Assembly: GCF_044704955.1 (NCBI RefSeq)
Contig: NC_091978.1
Coordinates: forward strand, 113,150,001 to 113,214,000
Direction: 5' to 3'
Origin: Pristiophorus japonicus
Lineage: Eukaryota
DNA: 64,000 nt
Shown: positions 38,701-50,700 of the stretch, in pieces
Layout: every line of letters begins with the position of its first letter
How positions within the stretch are numbered: the first letter of the stretch is position 1
Program-made: the position numbers and the translations under genes
The notes under the pieces: model-generated
The model's database searches: none
Seen by the model: only the letters and a program-made list of their open reading frames with translations
Told to the model about the DNA's origin: nothing

Positions 38701-41700
38701 GGTCTACAGGGCTGTAATGATACCCGGCCCTGCTGTATGGCTCAGAGATGTAGACCATATACAGTAGACACCCCAACTCACTGGAGAAATACCACCAATG
38801 ATGTTTCCGCAAGATCCTGCAAATCCTCTGGGAGGACAGACACACCAACGTTAGCATCCTTGATCAGGCCAACATCCCCAGCATCAAAGCACTGACCACA
38901 CTTGACCAGCTCCGTTGGGCGGGACTCATTGTTCGCATGCCTGACACAAGATTCCCAAAGCAAGCTCTCCACTCGGAACTTCTAGATAGCAAGCGAGCCC
39001 CAGGTGGGCAGAGGAAACGTTTCAAGGACACCCTCAAAGCCTCCCTGATAAAATGCAATATCCCCTGGGAGTCCCTGGCCAAAGACCGCCCTAAGTGGAG
39101 GAAGAGCATCAGGGAGGGTGCTGAGCACCTCGAGTCTCGTCGCCGAGAGCATGCAGAAAACAAGCGCAGACAGCGGAAGGAGCAAACCAGTCCCACCCAT
39201 CCTTTCCTTCAACGACTGTCTGTCCCACCTGTAACAGGGACTGTAATTCCCATATTGGATTGTTCATCATCATCATCATAGGCCGTCCCTCGGAATCGAG
39301 GAAGACTTGCTTCCACTTTTAACATGAGTTCTTAGGTGGCTGTACAGTCCAATACGAGAACCAAATCGCTGGTGAAATACCACCAACGATGTCTCTGCAA
39401 TATCCTACAAATCCCCTGGGAGGACAGATATACCAATGTTAGCGTCCTCAACCAGGCCAACATCCCCAGCATTGAAGCACTGACCACACTTGATCAGCTC
39501 CCTGGGCAGGCCACATAGTTTGCATGCCAGAAACGAGACTCCCAAAGCAAGCACTCTACTCCTTCACGGCAAATGAGCCAAAGGTGGACTGTTCAGTCAC
39601 CTAAGAACTCATTTTTAGAGTGGAAGCAAGTCTTCCTCGATTGCGAGGGACTGCCTATGATGATAATGATGATCCTTCTTTAAATATGACCAAAACTGTA
39701 CGGAGTACACCAGGTATGGCCTCACAAATAGCCTATAGTGAGGAGGACGCTAAGAGGCTGCTGGGTGATTTGGACAAGTTAGGTGAGTGGACAAATGCAT
39801 GGCAGATGCAGTATAATGTGGATAAATGTGAGGTTATCCACTGGGAGCAAAAACAGAAGGCAGAATATTATCTGAATGGCGACAGATTAGTGAAAAGGGG
39901 AGATGCAGCGGGACCTGGGTGTCATGGTACATCAGTCATTGAAAGTTGGCATGCAGGTACAGCAGGCAGTGAAGAAGGCAAATGGTATGTTGGCCTTCAT
40001 AGCTAGGGGATTTGAGTATAGGAGCAAGGAGGTCTTACTGCAGTTGTATAGGGCCTTAGTGAGGCCTCACCTGGAATATTGTGTTCAGTTTTGGTCTCCT
40101 AATCTGAGGAAGGACGTTCTTGCTATTGAGGGAGTGCAGCGAAGGTTCACCAGACTGATTCCCGGGATGGCAGGACTGACATATGAGGAGAGACTGGATC
40201 GACTGGGCCTGCATTCACTGGAATTTAGAAGGATGAGAGGAGATCTCATAGAAACATATAAAATTCTGACAGGACTGGACAGGTTAAATGCAGGAAGAAT
40301 GTTCCCGATGTTGGGGAAGTCCAGAATCAGAGGGCACTGTCTAAGGATAAGGGGTAAGCCATTTAGGACTGAGATGAGGAGCAACTTCTTCACTCAGAGA
40401 GTTGTTAACCTGTGAAATTCCCTACCGCAGAGAGTCGTTGATGCCAGTTCATTGCATATATTCAAGAAGGAGTTAGATATAACCCTTACTGCTAAAGGGA
40501 TCAAGGGGTATGGAGAGAAAGCAGGAAAGGGGTACTGATCAGCCATGATCTTATTGAATGGTAGTGCAGGCTCGAAGGGCTGAATGGCCTACTCCTGCAC
40601 CTATTGTCTATGGTTCTATGTTTCAACGTTTCTATATAGTTGTAGCAGGTCTTCCCTGTTTTTATACCCTATTCCCCTTGCAATAAAGGCCAACATTCCA
40701 TTTGCCTTCCTGATTACTTGCTGTACCTGCATACTAACTTTTTGTGTTTCATGCACAAGAATGCCCAGGCCCAGGTCTCTGTGGACTGCAGCACTTTGCA
40801 ATTTTTCTCCATTTACATTATAATTTGCTTTTCTATTATTCCTGCCAAAGTGGATAACCTCACCTTTTCCCACATTATACTCCATCTGCCAAATTTTTGC
40901 CCACTCACTTAGCCTGTCTATATCCCTTTGCAGATTTTTTTGTGTCCTCCTCACAATTTGCTTTCCCACCCATCTTTGTATCATCAGCAAACTTGGCTAC
41001 ATTACACTTGGTCCTTTGCCAGTGTTACCCATATCCCAAAATCAAATTTTAAAATGTACAGTAAAGTGCTGGGACAAACCAATATTTCTTCTTGTTGCTG
41101 GCTGAAACTATTCTAGCGATATTGTTAACTGGGATCAACGTTCTGACAAATTAGTTACTGTTCATTGCAACTCATAATTTTTTCATGACACCAACCTCCC
41201 TTTTGAAAAGTTCAGAAACCTTGGCCCAGGGCCAAGGCCAAACGGTAATGTATGAGTATTTTTTTAAATATATAATTGTAGGTTTCTGACTTTGCATATA
41301 TTGATGTAATGCTCCGAGATAAAACAAGGTAAATAAACTAACATTTTTCAGTGAATAATAATTATAATAGTAATTTTTCTTTATGCATTAACTTGAATGT
41401 AATTTACCATTTTGCACTGAATGTCTTCAAATGTAGATCTTACATCTTAAATTAATAAATGTCTTATTTCTACCAACAGCAAAATACTTTACACTGTTAG
41501 TAGCAAGAATAAACAGATAACCATTAATGTAGAGACTGAGAACAAGAAGGAAAATGCATTTAATGCTAAAGTCATCGTCCACTTTTCTAAAAACATCTTT
41601 TTTGCATCAGTGAGTAGAACGTTTTATTTATATGAAACTTTACAGAGTAAGATAGTGCTTTTATTACCAAAAATGAAAATATAGGGGTAGATTTTTGTCT

Positions 41701-44700
41701 TTTCCACTTGAGCATTAAGCATCGCCTGGGAGGAGAATAGAAAGAAAAATTAGACAGAGAGGCTGGCACACCTGTTACAGATAACATTCATATCACATAA
41801 CTACCAGGCAATGACCATCTCCACCAGTGAAAGGCCTACCTATCGCCTCGCATCCATACTTGGATCTGTACTTTTACTGAAAGGGAGTCTCCAAACAGGC
41901 CACCTTTTTGGTGCACCTCCTGCAATAGAACCTCCAACTCTTCAAATGGAAGTGTTTCACACATGTCTCCATTGTGCCATTGCGAACATTTAGTCGACTT
42001 TTCTGCCACCACCATAAGTTATGCTTCCATGGTGTGCTGCAGCTCTTTAAGAGACACTACTGGACCAGACTTTCTGCTCCCCAGCCATGTGTGCTACAGC
42101 CAGGGCTGTCTGGAGAAGCTTGTAATGTGCCAGCAGATGATTCAAATCAGGTGTGAGAGACTCCAATCGCAAAATGTGACACAGCTTAGTCCCGAGCTAC
42201 CAGCACTGCCCCATTTTTTCCAGGTCAGCAAAATTGGAGAACTATTGTCTATGATGAAGTTTTTCTTGCACAATAACATCACCTAAATATATACATAGAT
42301 TATAGATATTTTATTAAAAATAGATAGTATATTATGTTATATAGCTATTATATAATATATATTATATATAAAGATATATAAAGAGAGAGAGAATGTGTGA
42401 GAGGTAGATATATATATTCAGATTATATGATGAGTGTTTTATTTTAACAGGTTGATAACACTGAAGTTCCCTGTCGAATTGTAGACCCACAGTCAGTATC
42501 CTGTGACATTGGACACCCATTTTTGAGAGGACGAGATAAGGTGAATTCTTTTATCTTTTTTTAAGAATAATAATGCATGCAATGTAAGATTTTTACATTC
42601 ATCAAAGATCATGGGGGTGAATTGTCAAGGCTACACTGATGACAGTCCATACCAGGCTAGCCACCCAAAAAACACTTGGAAGGAAAATCTACACTAGTAT
42701 ATATCCCTTTCGTCCATTCTTAAGTTCCACAATTACCCCCTCCAACATCTCTTGTTATTCGGATACCAAGATAAAGAGTCAATGCCTCATAAAGGTTGAA
42801 AAGAATGAGAGATAAGGCAAGGTAGATGAGGAAGTAACCATCAGGTGACACTGAGCAAGAAAAAAGGTTGAATGGGTGGCCCCTGGGATATCTGGCTTAT
42901 CTGCTGCATCACTGGCTGCTCGCTCCTCCATAGTCCTCAAAACCCAACTGAGTCTAGCTACAACTGGGTACATTGGAGGACAATGAAACGCAGTTTGTTC
43001 CAGAAAGAGTTGTCAAAATAATAATGACATGCTGCATGCTTCGCAATAGCCCAAGAAAAGGGAATTGAACTTGAAACGGGTGAGGAGGAGCAGCAGTGGG
43101 AGCACCAGAATGAATGGTAGGGCAGAAAACTCAGTCAATCAGCTGCTCTACAGCCAGTGTTCTGGAGATACAGTGGATAGGGCTCTGATTGAAAACTTTT
43201 TCAATAAAGATCTTGGGCTAGAAATTGATCAGCCTACCGCCGAATTTCTCGGCAGTATTTCCTTGTTTTGGGCGGTCTTTCATTCGTTGGGAATTTCATC
43301 AGGGCCTCACGCCGGCGGTTTCAAAATACCACTGGGGAGCAGACCGCCGGTGTGCAACGCTGGGAAAACTGCTTCCACCCGACTTTGGTGGGAGTGATGC
43401 TCCGTACTTCTGCAAAAAGAAAACGCCCAGTCGGAGCAGCCTTTCGATGGATGGTAGGTATGAAACCCTGCAAAAAAAGGTATGCGAATGTTTTTTTTTA
43501 AATTCTTTTGCAGCAATTCAAAAGGCTCCATTGAATGTTTTCCAATGTTTTAATTTTTATTTTTTGAAAAAATATTTTTCGTGTTTTCCCCCCTCCCTAG
43601 GCCGACTCTAGCCTCGGACTTAATTTGACCAGGATCGCCGAGAATCCATGTGCGACGCCCATTTTGCCTACTAGACGTTTTTTTTTCTACTTTTTGATCA
43701 ATTTTCTGCCAGCGTTAATTGCAGAATCTTAGCAATTTTTTGGCAGTAAACATGCAGTGGTGACAGCCTTTGATCAATTTCTAGCCACATAGAATTCAAT
43801 GTGGAAATGCTTGCCTCTCATAATTCATGATCTTCTCTGAAGCCTAAAGTAATATTTATCCCTTGTGTTCTCTTACAGTTATTCTTTACTCAATATTTAT
43901 TTAGAAGTTACATAACCTGTGACTAAACACTTAAGTCAGAGCAAAAAAAAGTTAAATACAAGTTCTATTTTTCTTTTTGCATGTTGACAGGTCTCTTTTA
44001 ACATCAATTTTGATTTTAACCTCAATGAACCACAGAAAGATACATATGTGAACTTCCACGCTATAAGGTAACTACTGATCATCATAATTCAGACAATTCA
44101 TACTCATTTATTTTTTATTTTTCATAGTTTCTACTTGAGAGTTTGACTAATATCATAGCTCTTTTACTTCACAGTGAAAGTATCGAACGCGCAGAGACTC
44201 ATTTTGACAACAAGGCAAAAGTCACCTTTACTGTACAGTACGATGCTGAAATTCTCTTCTCAAGGTATGGAGGTTGAAGAACATTAAAGAAATGCTCACT
44301 GTGTTCTCTTGGACTTTATTATTTAATTAACATTTTTCGTGATTTGTGGTCATCAAAATGAGGGATGTCAGCGAACAGAACATAAAATATTTTTCAGAAA
44401 CATAGACATAGAAAATAGATGCAGGAGTAGGCCATTCGGCCCTTCGAGCCTGCACCGCCATTCAATGAGTTCATGGCTGAACATGCAACCTCAGTACCCC
44501 ATTCCTGCTTTATCGCCATACCCCTTGATCCCCCTAGTAGTAAGGACTATATCTAACTCCTTTTTGAATATATTTAGTGAATTGGCCTCAACAACTTTCT
44601 GTGGTAGAGAATTCCACAGGTTCACCACTCTCTGGGTGAAGAAGTTTCTCCTCATCTCAGTCCTAAATGGCTTACCCCTTATCCTTAGACTGTGACCCCT

Positions 44701-47700
44701 GGTTCTGGACTTCCCCAACATTGGGAACATTCTTCCTGCATCTAACCTGTCAAAACCGTCAGAATTTTAAACATTTCTATGAGATCCCCTCTCATTTTTC
44801 TGAACTCCAGTGAATACAAGCCCAGTTGATCCAGTCTTTCTTGATATGTCAGTCCCGCCATCCCGGGAATCAGTCTGGTGAACCTTCGCTGCACTCCCTC
44901 AATAGTAAGAATGTCCTTCCTCAAGTTAGGAGACCAAAACTCCAGGTGTGGCCTCACCAAGGCCCTGTACAACTGTAGCAACACCTCTCTGCCCCTGTAC
45001 TCAAATCCCCTCGCTATGAAGGCCAACATGCCATTTGCTTTCTTAACCGCCTGCTGTACCTGCATGCCAACCTTCAATGACTGATGTACCATGACACCCA
45101 GGTCTCGTTGCACCTCCCCTTTTCCTAATCTGTCACCATTCAGATAATAGTCTGTCTCTCTGTTTTTACCACCAAAGTGGATAACCTCACATTTATCCAC
45201 ATTATACTTCATCTGCCATGCATTTGCCCACTCACCTAACCTATCCAAGTCACTCTGCAGCCTCATAGCATCCTCCTCGCAGCTCACACTGGCACCCAAC
45301 TTCGTGTCATCCGCAAATTTGGAGATACTACATTTAATCCCCTCGTCCAAATCATTAATGTACAATGTAAACAGCTGGGGCCCCAGCACAGAACCTTGCG
45401 GTACCCCACTAGTCACTGCCTGCCATTCTGAAAAGTCCCCATTTACTCCTACTCTTTGCTTCCTGTCTGACAACCAGTTCTCAATCCATGTCAGCACACT
45501 ACCACCAATCCCATGTGCTTTAACTTTGCACATTAATCTCTTGTGTGGGACCTTGTCGAAAGCCTTCTGAAAGTCCAAATACACCACATCAACTGGTTCT
45601 CCCTTGCCCACTCTACTGGAAACATCCTCAAAAAATTCCAGAAGATTTGTCAAGCATGATTTCCCTTTCACAAATCCGTGCTGTCTTGGACCTATCATGT
45701 CACCTCTTTCCAAATGCGCTGCTATGACATTCTTAATAATTGATTCCATCATTTTACCCACTACTGATGTCAGGCTGACCGGTCTATAATTCCCTGTTTT
45801 CTCTCTCCCTCCTTTTTTAAAAAGTGGGGTTACATTGGCTACCCTCCACTCGATAGGAACTGATCCAGAGTCTATGGAATGTTGGAAAATGACTGTCAAT
45901 GCATCTGCTATTTCCAAGGCCACCTCCTTAAGTACTCTGGGATGCAGTCCATCAGGCCCTGGGGATTTATTGGCCTTCAATCCCATCAATTTTCCCAACA
46001 CAATTTCACGACTAATAAGGATTTCCCTCAGTTCCTCCTCCTCTGTCCCCTAGATCTTTGTGTGGCAGCTGCAGGAGCATGAGGCAATAACCACAGGCAC
46101 GATGGGCTGTAAGTTTCTATGGCCTGGATATTAACAGACGGATTACACATGCGCGGGATGCGGGTGGTGGAGTTTCAAATGGGAAACCCAGAAGTCCAAA
46201 TTTCTACACATACTGTGGAGGAACTCCACAGCGTGCGTCTTTTGTCCTTGACAGATTCCCCGCCCAATGTCAGCCTGATTGACAGGCTTGGCTTCCAGTC
46301 AGGCGGGGAGAGCTCCGGAGCAGCGCACAGGACCATGTAGGTCTGATCCACGACCACGCAGGGGTGGGGGGAGCAGGGCCGATCTCAGGTAGGGTTGGTC
46401 TGATCCACGACCACGAGGGGAAGGGCTCTGAGCACCAATTCTAGCGGCCTTTGTATGGGTAGGGGACTCTGATCAGGGGGGGAGCTTGGGGTCCAGGGGG
46501 AAGCAATCCTGTTCCTCTGGGCCCACAAGCAATGTTGTGAAGGCACTGACTTTCCCCCCGAAGCTGTCCTCACCTCTTTTCAGCTGCCGGGTTTCCAGAG
46601 GCCTGAGAAACCTGGCAGGTCACTTTTGAACCTGTAAAACAGGTTAAATCACAGGCTGCCAGCCTCATTAAAATATTTGAATTGCCCACCCGCTTCCTGG
46701 GAGCGAGATGACTGCCCGCCCTTTGACCCCCCCCCCCAAACCTTCCCCCCTCCCCGGTAAAACCCGGAAATAGGCGAGATGGATTTGGGGTCGAGTCAGA
46801 TTTGGGACTTTTTTAATTTTAAACTCTGACCCGGCCCCAATTTTTGGGTATTAAAATTCATCTCATTGCCTAACCCTACATCAATGAATTACCTTGCTCA
46901 ACTTAAACAAAATAATTTCAAACTACCTAATGCATTGTAACCTTTTCAATTTAAGCAAGTATCTGCCCTAACAGCTTTCTGTTTAAACATCTTGGATATA
47001 TACTTGAAAAGGAAACATTTTCAGAGTTATGGGGTTAGAACCTCCACTTTTGTGCTTATCGCCCAAAAATGGGCGTAATTTCCGGCGTGGGCATTAAAAA
47101 AGGGTTTTCAGATCACTGGCTTTCGCCTATTCTCAAAACACTTAGTTTACATTTTTGAAAATGGGCGTTACCGCGAGCGATATCAAATGGGCGATAGTGT
47201 TAAATTTTTTTGACCTTCTGCTGTAAAGTGTGGCCATCCTTAGCAACGGCATGGCAATGCTCGATTCTTGTGATTCTGGAGGTCAAGGGTCACCATGACA
47301 TGCGCAGAAGAGGAGACAGAGAGAGAGGGAGCTCAGAGGGTCTGAAGGCATGGCTGGGTGTGGTGTGGCTACTTTGGGAGGAAGGAGAGAGACTTTAGAT
47401 CTTCACAGCAAGTAGGCAAACAAAAATTAGGTGTTACCAGCCACATATTTGACCAAATTTGCCTATAATGGAGAGAGAGGAGGAGGCATCAAAGCACACT
47501 GTGGTGACTGACGCAGGAGAGAGCAGTGAGGTGGGAGAGGAGCACATTGGAGGCCACAAAAGAGCCAGGAGGTTCTCGGACGAGGCAAATGCCTCCCACC
47601 TGCAGGAGGTTGAGTCACGCTGGAGTGATTTGACACAGGGAGGGCGTGAGAAGCCCACCCCAAAGGCATACCAAAGGATATGGAACGAGATAGCAGAGGT

Positions 47701-50700
47701 GGTCTCGTCAGCGACCAACGAGGTGCGTGAGGGCAACCAATGCCACAAATGATGGAACGACCTTGTGGGATCCGCAAGAGTAAGTATTATTTACATGTAC
47801 TTATGTAATTATATAATATTTATATAATTTGATTTGTAACAGTCATGAGTGACTATCAGCAGATGTTAGGTCTTGCACTTTTACCGTGAATGTTTTATTC
47901 AAAGCCTGTGGTCACGGTGTACGTCTTTAGATAAAGAATGATAATAATCATAATAATCATGATTACATCTGTCGGTTATGTGTTGTCTCAGTCTCTGTGA
48001 CAGTACCTAGCAATGATATCACGCAATGATCTCATGCCATGTCGTCCTGTGACCTTTTACAGAAGAAGCTATTGACGATGAGGTCCGTGCAGAGGTGAAC
48101 AGGTGGGGGGGGCCACCAGTCCCCAGCGACATCACAGAGATGGAGGAGCGAGTGCTCGCCCTCATGGGGAAGCACCCCCGAACAGCCACCGATGCACCTG
48201 CAGACCCTGAAGTGATGCCACGTGGGCAAAGCTTACACCATTGCGTGATGTAATGTCAATAGATGCCACACCCACTCATTTCCAAACAATCATATATGAT
48301 AGATAATCTCTAAACATTTAATAGAAATAATGCTGGCCTAATGAAAATCATTGCAATGCACAATGTGTTGATTGTCATGAAATGTGATGTCTGCGATGAC
48401 TTTGAAAGTGGTGGTGCTTTTGTTGTGCATATGCTGTGTGTCGTGCTGGACTCACCTTGTCACCCTAGCACCCCCTTCTCCTCTAAAAACCTCATTTGTG
48501 TTTTGCAGCTCATCCAGCAGCGCGGCCCCAGGCAAGACCACAGAGGCCAGAAGGTGGGGGCGCGGGGCAGGAGTCGGCGGATGATCCTACATCTGGTGCT
48601 GAGGAGCTCCGATTCTTGCCCGACAATCCGCTGGGTCTGTTCTCGACAGCTGAGAGCGCGGACTTTGAAGAACCTGCATTGGCATGCTCCAGAAGCCATT
48701 CCACCCCAAGGCCATCTAATGGTCCTCCGGTCATTCCCGCCTCCACTCTGGAGGTACCGGCCCCAAGCACCTCTCTACAAGGCACCCCATTTGTCTCCAG
48801 GATGGCGCTGACCCCGCGGAGGCCTCGTGGACGCAGCAGGTCTGTTCCACGAGCGTGGACATGACAGCGGAGAGATGGTACAGTTGTCCAGGAGAACTGT
48901 AGACATTGGTGACCAGATCATCAAAGCATTGGGGGGCATATCTCAACACCTGGCCACCATGACCGAGTAAATTCCGCGCATGTCAGAGTCCCTGGATGCG
49001 ATAGCCAGGAACACTGCTCCACAGGCCTCCCAGTGGTCCCCAAGCGCGGCACTCCACCCCTAGGTTCCACACCACCACTGCGAATGACAGATGAGAGCAA
49101 CGACCAAGATCCTGCTTCTGCATCAGAGAATGTTGCTCCCTTGGCACCCCCTCCCCCCACTACCGTACCCGTGAATCTGCCTCATCCCCCGCAATGAGGC
49201 ACTGCCTGAGGAGCTCCTCGGCCAGGCGCCGTGGAACGAGGATGGGAAGGGGTAGAGGTGGGGAGAAGAAGGAGAGGGGGGAAGGAAAATGAGGTGCATG
49301 TGTGCAGGTGATGGCTGTGTTATATCTCCATCTGGGTGTTGGCAATTTGTTGCAATATATGGGGGCTGGGGACCACGCTCCTGTTTTGCCTTTGTATTCT
49401 GTGTTGCTGGACATGTTGACCATGTGATTTATGTCAATGGTGGAAAAAGTCGGGTGTGGGCGGGGGTTGGGTGTTATTGGTTGTGATATTTATGATTTCA
49501 GACCAATGTTAGTATTAAACTTTTGTTATTGAACATAATCTCGTTGCACATTGTCTCAGATAGCTGGACCATTACACACTGGTGATTCCTTACCATGAAA
49601 AGGTTAAATACAACTTAACATCAATCAACGTAAACTTTAACTGGCAGCAATTCTGCGCGGAAAGTAAAGCTGGGCGATAATATGGCCGTTGATTTCGCTC
49701 ATTCTGCTGATTCCGCCCCAAAAAAAGTGGGCGGGCAGTAATATTTTTTCCCGGCGTTAAGCACATTGGGAAAATAATGCATGGCGATAAGTCTCCTAAA
49801 AAAACTCATCAGTTTCCATTCTGTGCCAAAATGGGCGCTATATGGGCGTTATACGTCATTTCAGCGGTAAAATGTGCATTAAGTGAGCGTTAAGCATGCA
49901 AAAAAAGTGGAGGTTCCAGCCCTTGGAATTCTATGTAATATGATGTTCTATAAAATAATTGATCAGAAAACAATTAATGAATTAAAGTCATTAAGTACTG
50001 AAATATATTGTATTTTGGAGCATGATTGTATGTCCCAATTCTTATCCACAGTTTTGATCTTTTTTTTTGATTTTGCAGAGCTACCAACATAAATTATTAT
50101 GAAATTCATCCTGGAAAACTGGTTCCCAAAATAATAAATAACTTTAAGGATATTGGTCCAGAATATATTATTACACTCAGAGTAAGTAAGTTTTGTTGAT
50201 GTTCTGTGCATCCTATTGCACACTGAATGGCACTTTCTCTTCAATACACTCTCTTTTTTTCATGAAGGATCAAACTTATGCTCGACAGTTCTATAGGTAC
50301 TGGTACCTCACCCAAGTGGCCATTCAACAACAGTAACAACTGCTTGCATTTTACCTTTAATATCCCAAGGTGCTTTATGTAGGAAAGAATATGTGCCAAG
50401 CAATAGTAGAAAATTTAACAGGAATGACCAAAAGCACTGCTGAAAAGAAAGATCATAAGACGACTTTGAAAAGCAGAGACAGAAGCATTGAGTTATGGAA
50501 GTTAGGATCAAGGAATCCGAAAGCTCTGCCACCAATTTTAAAGAGGAAGGTCCATGACAGTTCAAGGGAAGCATTTGTAGGATCAAAGAGTACAGGCTGG
50601 GACAGAGGGCTGGAGGAAGCTGCAGAGGCAGGGTGAGAGAAGGTTATGGAGGGATTTGAAGATTTTGAACTTAGTACACTGGGTGACCGGGAATTAGTGG

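Larger units (their letters stand above)
38022..41014 (-). mobile_element. CR1 LINE host interrupted by RTE insertions and by a + strand CR1
   Basis: Collinear minus-strand pieces 38022-38537, 39674-39735 and 40626-41014; ATAAGAACATAAGAA tail. Confidence 0.85.

Noticed and set aside
49160-49423. Minus-strand ORF ending LRQCLIAG as a Harbinger transposase C-terminus
   Set aside because: It is antisense to Myb exon 3 and its UTR and has no DDE motifs upstream; the resemblance is too short.
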